Positions 35,807 to 42,602 of a stretch of 42,602 nt of DNA are shown piece by piece. How positions within the stretch are numbered: position 1 is the first letter of the stretch; the number at the start of each line of letters is the position of its first letter. This DNA comes from a virus. Made by a program: the position numbers and the translations under genes. Below the pieces are notes generated by a model. That model was not told the origin of the DNA. It made no database searches and saw only the letters and a list, made by a program, of their open reading frames with translations. The stretch lies in UHGV virus genome UHGV-0263785. One strand, written 5' to 3'.

Positions 35807-36524
35807 AGCAGCGTTCGGTAATCAGATAATCAAGATTTTTACGCCGCCAGAATCCTCCCCTGCCATTTGGCCTGTCCTCCAGCATCCAGCGACAATTGCC
35901 ACCGATAAATTCCAGATAGGCCCGCCAACGGGACTCATTGAAATTGAATTTTTTCCAGAAAGTGCGAAGGTGTTTTTTTCTGCCGTCAGTGAGGATTTTC
36001 ACTGGTGGCATCTCTGGCAAAATCTCGTGATAGGTATCGAGTATCACCTGATAATTTATTCTCTGGTCGGCAGGTTGTTGGGTGTCGGCGTCAGCCGATT
36101 CACCATCAGTAATAATCTCTGTAGTATTCTCTGTAAGAATGTTTGTTGGTTTTCCACGTACAGGCCTGGTGGTTTTCCCCTCACCTGTATGTGGTTTTTC
36201 CGCATCCTTGTATGCGGACGTAAGTAGCTGGCACAACACATCATTATCGATTTTGTAGTACAGCCTGGCAGGCAAGCCCTGTTTACGTTCCAGCAAGACG
36301 CCGAGACCACGTAGTTTTTTGCGCGCGCCCTCCTGCTCGTATCGTGAAAGCCCTGTTTCCTCTTCCCACTCATCCTGGGTTTTATATACCCAGCCGTCGT
36401 CAGTTGTTCTGTTTGTCCAGTACGTCAACTGCGACAGAAACAATGCGGCAGTCACGCCCATTTCAAGACGGATAAAACTTCTCTGGAAGGCTATGGGTCT
36501 ATCAAGTAACGGGAGGATGTTCAT
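35769..36524 (-). CDS. Replication initiation / replisome organiser protein (lambda O-like role)
   Basis: 251 aa immediately upstream of DnaB-like helicase; N-terminal region resembles winged-helix phage replication proteins. Confidence 0.6.
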   Translation of the reverse strand: MNILPLLDRPIAFQRSFIRLEMGVTAALFLSQLTYWTNRTTDDGWVYKTQDEWEEETGLSRYEQEGARKKLRGLGVLLERKQGLPARLYYKIDNDVLCQLLTSAYKDAEKPHTGEGKTTRPVRGKPTNILTENTTEIITDGESADADTQQPADQRINYQVILDTYHEILPEMPPVKILTDGRKKHLRTFWKKFNFNESRWRAYLEFIGGNCRWMLEDRPNGRGGFWRRKNLDYLITERCYVSVKEERANDK

Positions 36525-36745
36525 ATGCCCAAAGCCTCTGAGAGAACGCGACAGCCAGCCTCATAGGCAGCGCCAGAGAGATTTTGCTCACGCAGTTTCG
36601 CTTTTTCTTCTTCGTACTTTTCCCATACAGAACGTGCAGCTGCGACGCGGCCATCGAATATGGGGCGGATCTCTGCAACATGTGCCGGGCGTCCATTCAG
36701 GTGCCAGCCGTTACGCCAGGTAATGCGGTCAATATGTCTTAACAT
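36521..36745 (-). CDS. Hypothetical small protein
   Basis: 74 aa, ATG start, stop overlaps the start of the replication gene. Confidence 0.3.
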   Translation of the reverse strand: MLRHIDRITWRNGWHLNGRPAHVAEIRPIFDGRVAAARSVWEKYEEEKAKLREQNLSGAAYEAGCRVLSEALGI

Positions 36746-36784
36746 CGGTCTTTCCTCGGTATAAGTTAAACGCTGGTCAGGCGC

Positions 36785-37261
36785 TCATGCATGGTGGTCT
36801 TGCGCAGTGCGTATCACTGCTCCTCGCGTCGCTACCAGCGCCGCTATTGCTTCGTCAATTTCCTGAATAGTTAACTCTGGCGCGAAGTGGAGATGTACAG
36901 CGTTAATCGCTTCCACCCCTTCTTTTGCCGCCAGCGTTGCCAGCAAAACGGGATCGCCCGGCGACTCCAGACGTGCCCGCCGTTCTGCGGGTAGCACGGC
37001 TTTCATCACACTGGCCAGCACCTGAGTTTTTCGGCGCGCCGCCGTTGTCTCGCCACGTAACCAGCGAAAGATTTTCTGCCGATTGTTGTTGATGGCTCTC
37101 CAGTCCACGTTGCCGTCCGCGTCCTCAAATTCATGTAGTCTCAACTCATCATTGCGTCCCTGACTGAACCAGGCCCGGCAGATTTCAATCGTGACGAGTT
37201 CCTGCCCTGCCCTTGCCGCCCAGGTCAAAATCTCTTTTTGTAATTCCTCTTGGTTTTCCAT
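36785..37261 (-). CDS. YdaT-like protein (CII-analogue position downstream of the Cro/YdaS-like gene)
   Basis: 158 aa; position and size match the ydaS-ydaT arrangement of Rac-type lambdoid prophages; sequence-level family call is tentative. Confidence 0.45.
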   Translation of the reverse strand: MENQEELQKEILTWAARAGQELVTIEICRAWFSQGRNDELRLHEFEDADGNVDWRAINNNRQKIFRWLRGETTAARRKTQVLASVMKAVLPAERRARLESPGDPVLLATLAAKEGVEAINAVHLHFAPELTIQEIDEAIAALVATRGAVIRTAQDHHA

Positions 37262-37319
37262 AGCGTCTCCTGTCGCTAAAAATTGATTACGCTTAATCAG
37301 ATTTGGGGCTCACCAACAG

Positions 37320-37552
37320 TTAAGCTGCTTCCGTTTTAGGCAAGCTGTCATCTGGGTTTGGGTAAAGATCCGGTCTAAGATCATGAGGGGTCACGCGCCA
37401 TTCAAGAGCTTCAGATGTGCGCAAAACCTCTTCACCGGGAACCCGTCCTTTGAACCAGAGGCTTACCGTTTGTGGTTTTTTCCCTAATCGCCGCCCTAAC
37501 TCGGATTGACTCATTACGGAAAGAATTTTGTCTTGCAGTTGTTTATCCATAT
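37320..37552 (-). CDS. Cro/YdaS-like HTH regulator (DUF1019-like)
   Basis: ..LGRRLGKKPQTVSLWFKGRVPGEEVLRTSEALEWRVTPHDLRPDLY fits the YdaS/DUF1019 pattern; divergent from the repressor gene; start taken at the ATG preceded by AGGAG (MDKQLQ). Confidence 0.6.
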
Positions 37553-37648
37553 GGACTCCTTGTGTCCGCGTCATCATTACAAACAATAACTGTAATTACA
37601 AATTATATTTGCAATGCTCCCTACAATTAAACCTTGTATCCTTACGGT
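37553..37648. promoter_or_regulatory. Divergent promoter/operator region between cro-like and repressor genes, with repeated TTACAA/TTGTAA half-sites
   Basis: ATTACA-N9-TGTAAT, the palindrome TGTAATTACA, and TTACAA-N7-TTGCAA at 37577-37615. Confidence 0.45.
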
Positions 37649-38062
37649 ATGAACACAAAAACGAAAAACATGGCTTTTGCTAGCCGACTACAACGGATTC
37701 TAAAAGACTTAGGCTGGTCTCAATCTGAGTTAGCTCGCCATATTGGGGTTACGGCTCAATCAGTTCAGGCATGGTGTAATGGGGTAACTCCAAGAAAAGA
37801 TAAATTAGACAAGCTAGCAAAAGTGACCGGATACCCTGTTCATTTTTTCTTCATGAATGAAGGGGAATATTTGGATGAATCCACACTACACCCGGGTAAT
37901 TACAATCAAGAACTAACCCCGCAAGAACAGGCTCTACTGCAACTATTCAGAGGACTGCCTGAGAGCGAAAAAAATAAATTAATCAATGAGCTAAAAGAAA
38001 AAAGAGAGCACTTCGATCTACTGCTAAAAGAACTACTTGAAGCCAAAAACCAGACAAAATAG
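37649..38062 (+). CDS. XRE-family HTH repressor (CI-like role), no LexA/S24 peptidase domain
   Basis: N-terminal HTH (..LQRILKDLGWSQSELARHIGVTAQSVQAWCNG..), C-terminal coiled-coil; the listed ORF starts at TTG (37634), the ATG is at 37649. Confidence 0.65.
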   Translation: MNTKTKNMAFASRLQRILKDLGWSQSELARHIGVTAQSVQAWCNGVTPRKDKLDKLAKVTGYPVHFFFMNEGEYLDESTLHPGNYNQELTPQEQALLQLFRGLPESEKNKLINELKEKREHFDLLLKELLEAKNQTK

Positions 38063-38180
38063 TTCAGTTCAAATTTCCAGGCCAGCCGCTGCTGGCATGC
38101 AACTTTCCCCTAACACAAAAACACCTTTACACAGTGAATATTTTTTTGCCCCTCACTACAAATTATTTTTTAAAAACACA

Positions 38181-38209
38181 TTGACCATTACAAATACAAA
38201 TTGTAAAGT
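38181..38209 (+). promoter_or_regulatory. Candidate PL-like promoter with overlapping operator (TTGACC-N17-TAAAGT; TTACAA-N7-TTGTAA inside the spacer)
   Basis: Same half-site family as in the cro/repressor intergenic region. Confidence 0.3.
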
Positions 38210-38459
38210 CACTTTCATCAACAACGCTTACCCAGCGGCAGTTGTTCAGAAACACGTTCTGACAGCCGGAAAGACGGCACCAAATTTTGCGCGTCGGCGC
38301 CAACACGGTGACAGAGGGAAAGACTTCACCGGCATATGGCACATGTGTCGAAGCGGTCTGGATGGAAGCGGAGCCTTAACGCGTTGTCTCCATAGCAGGT
38401 AGCCGGAATGTGCAAGCCACAGCCAGGTATGAGCGATTGATTCACCATCAAGGCGATAC

Positions 38460-39430
38460 GGTGTGACCACCAGGGAAGAGTCCTGGCTACAACACGAGAG
38501 CGCACTTCATCGACTCAACTTTGAGCTTTGTCGTTAAATTTTGAAATGGCGGAGTGCGCTCCCGGTTGTGGTGAACAGGTGTTTAACGGGAACTCCCTGC
38601 CCGTTACCCGGTTCGATTCCGGGCGCCCATCATCAATTTGCTGTGTTTAGTCTTTGCCCAGTCCGCACGATGGGCCATTTTTTCACACAGCCAGGTTTTA
38701 TCGCTGTGCCTGAGTCCCCAACAGGAGAGGCCAAACCCGCAGCGTGACACCAGGGAAAGACCGGAGGAAGTACCACGCCTGACCAGCGTTGACCATGAGC
38801 CTGACCAGCTCAAAACAGGAAAGACCAGCCCGGGCCTGACCAGCCCTGTACGGTCGTAATGGAAACATAACGACGCCGGAAACGTAACCGGCACCCTTTA
38901 GATAGCAAAAGACCCGCACAAGGCGGGCCAGTTACCCCGAACGGCGACCAAACCATTCGGATTTATCACAAGTGACCAAACTTGTGATGAGGAAAGACCA
39001 ACGACACTGACGCTATGGAAGCTGATCAATATTCGCTGATCGGCTCTGAGTATACATTACCAAGGAGTCGCTATGGAAGCGCGCACCATCCCAGTAACAC
39101 TCTTTATTCATTATGCAACTTCAACTTTCAGCCACGAAAAGCTGCTTGTTGCGACTGTTGATATGTCAAAAAATTTTCCAGACAGGTACATCCTTCTGGA
39201 AAGCCGCGAAATTGAAATTACCGTTAACCAGCCCGAGCCAATCGACATCATCGGTTTACAGGTCGAGCAACTGCGTGAACAAAAACAGAAAACAGTCGCC
39301 GACGCCCAACAGCGTATTGCTGCTATCGATGACAAAATCCAGCAGTTACTTTGCATCGAATACACGCCAGATACCGATGAGCTCCCCTACTAAAAACCAC
39401 TGACCTGTAATGAGGAAAGACCAATGACCA
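38460..39430 (+). repeat. Array of short direct repeats built on GGAAAGACC / CCTGACCAGC, extending to the RBS of downstream genes
   Basis: Occurrences near 38466, 38745, 38813, 38979 and 39407 (and again at 42585); CCTGACCAGC three times within 38770-38840. Confidence 0.5.
39073..39393 (+). CDS. Hypothetical protein
   Basis: 106 aa, ATG preceded by AAGGAG. Confidence 0.35.
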   Translation: MEARTIPVTLFIHYATSTFSHEKLLVATVDMSKNFPDRYILLESREIEITVNQPEPIDIIGLQVEQLREQKQKTVADAQQRIAAIDDKIQQLLCIEYTPDTDELPY

Positions 39431-41640
39431 TTTTTAACGGCTTGTTAGAAGCGAAAAAAGGCGCGCTCAAAAACGGCGCGATCCCGGCGCTGGCCATCGC
39501 CATCGCCGCCCCTAACAAAAAAGTTGCCGAGAACATCATCATCGGCAAATTGTGGGAAGCCTACCCTGACCACGGCGACAACTATTTCAAACCTAAAATC
39601 TGGGAAGATGCCCCGGGCCAACCGCGCCCAGGCGTCGGTGAGTTTGATGAGACGTTTGCCACAGAACACAGTTTTGATGGCGAAAAATGGGTAGTTAACA
39701 CTCCTGTTGATTCAGATTGCAGTTCAGCAGATATCTCACAGGTTAGCGACCTGATGAAACTGCCGGCTCGTGAACGATTCGCCGCCGTTCTGCTGTTCAG
39801 CCACGACGCCAACGAAGTCGACAGTGAATTGCTTGTGCAGACGCGTGAATACCTGGAGATGCTCGATAACAGTGATACTGACAGTGAGGATGAGGTTGAC
39901 GCGTTTAACCGCATCGTTCTTGATGCCATGGTGGCGTGTAAGCCCATCGAGTACATGCATATTGCTGGATTGAATAATCTGGTACATGCAATTTTGGCAA
40001 GTTGCGATACCCAGGAACAAAACCCGACCAGTTGGACTATCTCCAAATTTATAAAAAAATGGGTAGAGAATCCCGGTAAACGAGATGAAATGCTGCCGGA
40101 GGTAAAACCAGAAACAGCATCCGCACGTCCTTACAAACAGACTCACGCCACTCTGGATCGTGAAATTGCCTGCGCCCTGTTACCTGTTGCCCCGGAAAAA
40201 ATCACCCCCAGCATCCTGAAAGCGGCAGACGAAATAATCAGTCAGGACAGGGAAGATTTTAAACGCTGGTCAATGGCCTTGCGCACAACGGATCAGATCC
40301 TTGCCTATGACCGCGCATCAGTATTCGGTGTTATTCAGAGCGCCCCCGCAAAAGACACGTACCACTTCCCACAATCCCTGCGCAGTCACATCGACAACTG
40401 GCTGCAAGCTAACGGGCAGCGTGATGCAAATGCTGTTGAAGAGAAGCCAAAGGAAGCAGCACCCAAGGATGATGTAAAAGTCACCAACCACGGCGGCGGA
40501 CGATTCTCAATTGATGGGATGATGTCAGAAACACCCTCAAATCAGGGCGAAAAAAGCGAAGCTGCAAATGCTGGAGAACGTAGTTTGCAGCAGTTGCGTG
40601 AGCAGTTTGTCACGCCTCGCCATGTGTATGACGTACCTGAAAATAACGCCGTATCACAGAGGGAACCTGCAGCTATTACCCTGGCAGAAGAGACTCCTCC
40701 ACAAGAACAACTTAGCGAGCAGGTAAAGGATCTGGTGCAGAACGTTGACGCGCTGGTTGAGCGGATCCATGCCGAAGAGCACAAGCGGCAGAATGCAATC
40801 TCAGCTATCGAAACGGAGTTAAAGGACTCAGATGACACGGATAACCTGGCATTGTGGAAGAACGTATTCAAAACCGATGAGCGCTTCACCAGTGCTTTCT
40901 CTCAGAATGGCGGCGGCACATCCATCAACGGCACTTATATAGCGATGAAAGCGACTCGCGAATTTGGGCCATTTGGTATTGGCTGGGGGGTAGAGGTGCT
41001 GGAGGAGCGCTTTGATAAAGGCGCACCAATAGTTCGCAAAAAACAGGTTGGTGAAAAAATAGAATGGGATCTGATTCAAGACGGTGTTGGCGGGTACCTA
41101 TGTGAAATGCACCACACCATGAAAGTGAGAGTCTGGTACATATTGAATGGGGTACGCGGTGAGTCCGAGGCTTACGGATGCACACCTTATATCTACGACA
41201 CTAAATACGGACCAACAAGCGACGGCGAAGCACCGAAGAAATCCTGGACGGATGCTGTTAAGAAAGCGCTATCCCCTCTCGGATTCAGCGCCGATATTTT
41301 CATGGGCCTGTACGACAATCCGGAATACCGCCAGAGGAATAAAGCTGAGTTTGATATCAAGAATGCCAGCGAGAATGCGGAAGATGCTACCCGTCTGCGT
41401 AAGGAACTGGATGAGAAGCTTATCAACGTTGCCAATACGCTGGCCGCCGCGGTAACCGCCAACGAAGTAAACAAGGTATTTGGCCTCATCGCCCGCGAAG
41501 TGGATGTACACAGGAAAGCAGCGGAAACCAAAGGCGATAAAGAATATTCATCGTATCTGGGATCACGTCTGCGCCGTATCACCGACATTAAAACTGAACG
41601 CCTCGCCGCCCTTACCGCTGCACAGGAGCAAACAGCATGA
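39424..41640 (+). CDS. Large protein with C-terminal Rad52-like single-strand annealing (Sak-type) domain
   Basis: C-terminal ..INGTYIAMKATREFGPFGIGWGVEV.. and ..KKSWTDAVKKALSPLGFSADIFMGLYDNPEY parallel the Rad52 N-domain blocks ([20 protein letters not shown] / [28 protein letters not shown]) as I recall them. Confidence 0.5.
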   Translation: MTIFNGLLEAKKGALKNGAIPALAIAIAAPNKKVAENIIIGKLWEAYPDHGDNYFKPKIWEDAPGQPRPGVGEFDETFATEHSFDGEKWVVNTPVDSDCSSADISQVSDLMKLPARERFAAVLLFSHDANEVDSELLVQTREYLEMLDNSDTDSEDEVDAFNRIVLDAMVACKPIEYMHIAGLNNLVHAILASCDTQEQNPTSWTISKFIKKWVENPGKRDEMLPEVKPETASARPYKQTHATLDREIACALLPVAPEKITPSILKAADEIISQDREDFKRWSMALRTTDQILAYDRASVFGVIQSAPAKDTYHFPQSLRSHIDNWLQANGQRDANAVEEKPKEAAPKDDVKVTNHGGGRFSIDGMMSETPSNQGEKSEAANAGERSLQQLREQFVTPRHVYDVPENNAVSQREPAAITLAEETPPQEQLSEQVKDLVQNVDALVERIHAEEHKRQNAISAIETELKDSDDTDNLALWKNVFKTDERFTSAFSQNGGGTSINGTYIAMKATREFGPFGIGWGVEVLEERFDKGAPIVRKKQVGEKIEWDLIQDGVGGYLCEMHHTMKVRVWYILNGVRGESEAYGCTPYIYDTKYGPTSDGEAPKKSWTDAVKKALSPLGFSADIFMGLYDNPEYRQRNKAEFDIKNASENAEDATRLRKELDEKLINVANTLAAAVTANEVNKVFGLIAREVDVHRKAAETKGDKEYSSYLGSRLRRITDIKTERLAALTAAQEQTA

Positions 41641-42206
41641 GCACTGCTATCGCTATTGCAAAAGAATATGCCAGTCTGATTGACCTGTTAGAAACCGCCG
41701 ATGAACTGACGCCAGAGATGATCGCCGACACGCTTGAAGGCATGGAAGGAGAACTGGGAGACAAACTGGACGCCATGATGGTCATCTGCCGTAATTTACA
41801 GGGCAATGCCAATACCTGCGCTGAAGAAATGTCTCGCCTGGCAACCCGTAAGACGTCCTTTGAAGGCAAGGAAAAAGCAATTCGAAAGCATATGCTCACC
41901 TGCCTGCAAGCTGCTGGCCTGGATAAACTGAAAACCGCAAAAAACACATTTACTGATGCACAGGGGGCTATCCGGGTAATTATCGATAGCAAAGATAAGA
42001 TCCCGGATGAGTATGAGGGCGTGTCACTTGTTGATGTAGAAACGGTTATTACACCAAACAAGCGAGCCATTAAAGAAGTGATTGAATCTGCGGAGGCGGT
42101 TGCCGCCGAAATACTGGCGCGTGGAGAAACACCACCAGCCGAGTTATTAAACCCGGTACCAGGCGCACATCTGGAACGCGGCGAACGGTCACTGAGGATA
42201 CGCTAA
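41637..42206 (+). CDS. Hypothetical protein in the recombination module
   Basis: 189 aa, start overlaps the stop of the Rad52-like gene. Confidence 0.35.
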   Translation: MSTAIAIAKEYASLIDLLETADELTPEMIADTLEGMEGELGDKLDAMMVICRNLQGNANTCAEEMSRLATRKTSFEGKEKAIRKHMLTCLQAAGLDKLKTAKNTFTDAQGAIRVIIDSKDKIPDEYEGVSLVDVETVITPNKRAIKEVIESAEAVAAEILARGETPPAELLNPVPGAHLERGERSLRIR

Positions 42207-42388
42207 TGCTTAAACTCACATTAAAGCGTGGTGACGCGGTTCACCTGGTACTTGCCGATGGTACCAATGGCATTATTGAAGCACGGAGCCGCTGCGAACT
42301 TGGGCTACACCTGCCAGAAAACATTAAGGTCACTCGGGAGAAATCGGCATTCACCCCACAAGAACTGATTACGCCTAATCAGAAATAA
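42206..42388 (+). CDS. Small hypothetical protein (weak CsrA-like pattern)
   Basis: 60 aa; MLKLTLKRGD...ELGLHLPENIKVTREK loosely parallels CsrA (MLILTRRVGE...RIGVNAPKEVSVHREE). Confidence 0.3.
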   Translation: MLKLTLKRGDAVHLVLADGTNGIIEARSRCELGLHLPENIKVTREKSAFTPQELITPNQK

Positions 42389-42437
42389 AAACTCACCATC
42401 GCTAGCATTGCGATTCACCAGACACCGGAGGATCACA

Positions 42438-42602
42438 ATGCTGCGATGGCAACCGGGAGCAACTCTGCTCTCCGCATTTGATATCAAAATTGGTCGACTG
42501 TCGGCCAGCGTCAGGAAACAGACTTTGACCGAGTCTGATATTGCCCGTGCCTGCCAGAAGGCAGATGACGCAATAAGCTACATAATGAGGAAAGACCATG
42601 AA
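42438..42602 (+). CDS. Hypothetical protein, 3'-partial (runs off the window)
   Basis: ATG at 42438 preceded by GGAGGA; open to the window end (MLRWQPGATLLSAFDIKIGRLSASVRKQTLTESDIARACQKADDAISYIMRKDHE..). Confidence 0.35.
   Translation, partial: MLRWQPGATLLSAFDIKIGRLSASVRKQTLTESDIARACQKADDAISYIMRKDHE

Larger units (their letters stand above)
1431..42602. mobile_element. Lambdoid mosaic prophage (P2-like contractile tail plus lambda-like head), left end at the att core, continues beyond the right edge
   Basis: Continuous run of phage tail, head, packaging, lysis, antitermination, replication, immunity and recombination genes. Confidence 0.85.

Noticed and set aside
38037-38402. 121-aa plus-strand ORF downstream of the repressor gene
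   Set aside because: It overlaps the repressor 3' end and the operator/promoter-like region, has no RBS, and has low-complexity composition; judged a chance ORF.
38556-38634. T-loop-like motif (cccgg-ttcgatt-ccggg) followed by a possible acceptor strand, suggesting a tRNA or tRNA remnant in the leader after the repressor gene
   Set aside because: I could not build a matching 5' acceptor stem, D-arm or 7-nt anticodon loop, and there is no CCA end; more likely a stable hairpin within the repeat-rich leader.
38740-38850. Clustered short direct repeats (CCTGACCAGC three times, GGAAAGACC variants) considered as a CRISPR array or iteron origin
   Set aside because: Repeats are about 10 bp, irregularly spaced and not separated by unique spacers of constant length; no cas genes; the replication genes lie about 2-3 kb away on the other side of the immunity region.

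Overview
Almost the whole window is one lambdoid prophage on the minus strand, mosaic in build, running from an att core at 1375-1430 past the right edge. All protein and tRNA assignments are from reading the translations and recalling family signatures; no database search was run. The att core is a 56-nt 3' fragment of a leuZ-like tRNA-Leu; left of it sits the end of a second element (DUF4224-like gene plus tyrosine integrase). Prophage modules, left to right: cargo lipoprotein; P2/R-pyocin-like contractile tail (2508-13720); lambda-like head and packaging (13752-21521); lysis cassette; Q-like antiterminator; nin-like genes; antirepressor; replication (O-like, DnaB-like); Cro/YdaS-like with YdaT-like; XRE repressor; Rad52-like recombination module. 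Best candidates for something undescribed are in an AT-rich accessory island (about 26300-31650): an ImmA/IrrE-like metallopeptidase with a membrane-protein partner, and two orphan genes inside a ~3.3 kb segment bracketed by a ~79-bp direct repeat. Structural anomalies: the portal gene has an internal inverted block flanked by a perfect 21-bp inverted repeat, and the gpD-like tail gene looks frameshifted. No rRNA, intact tRNA, CRISPR array or IS element was recognised.
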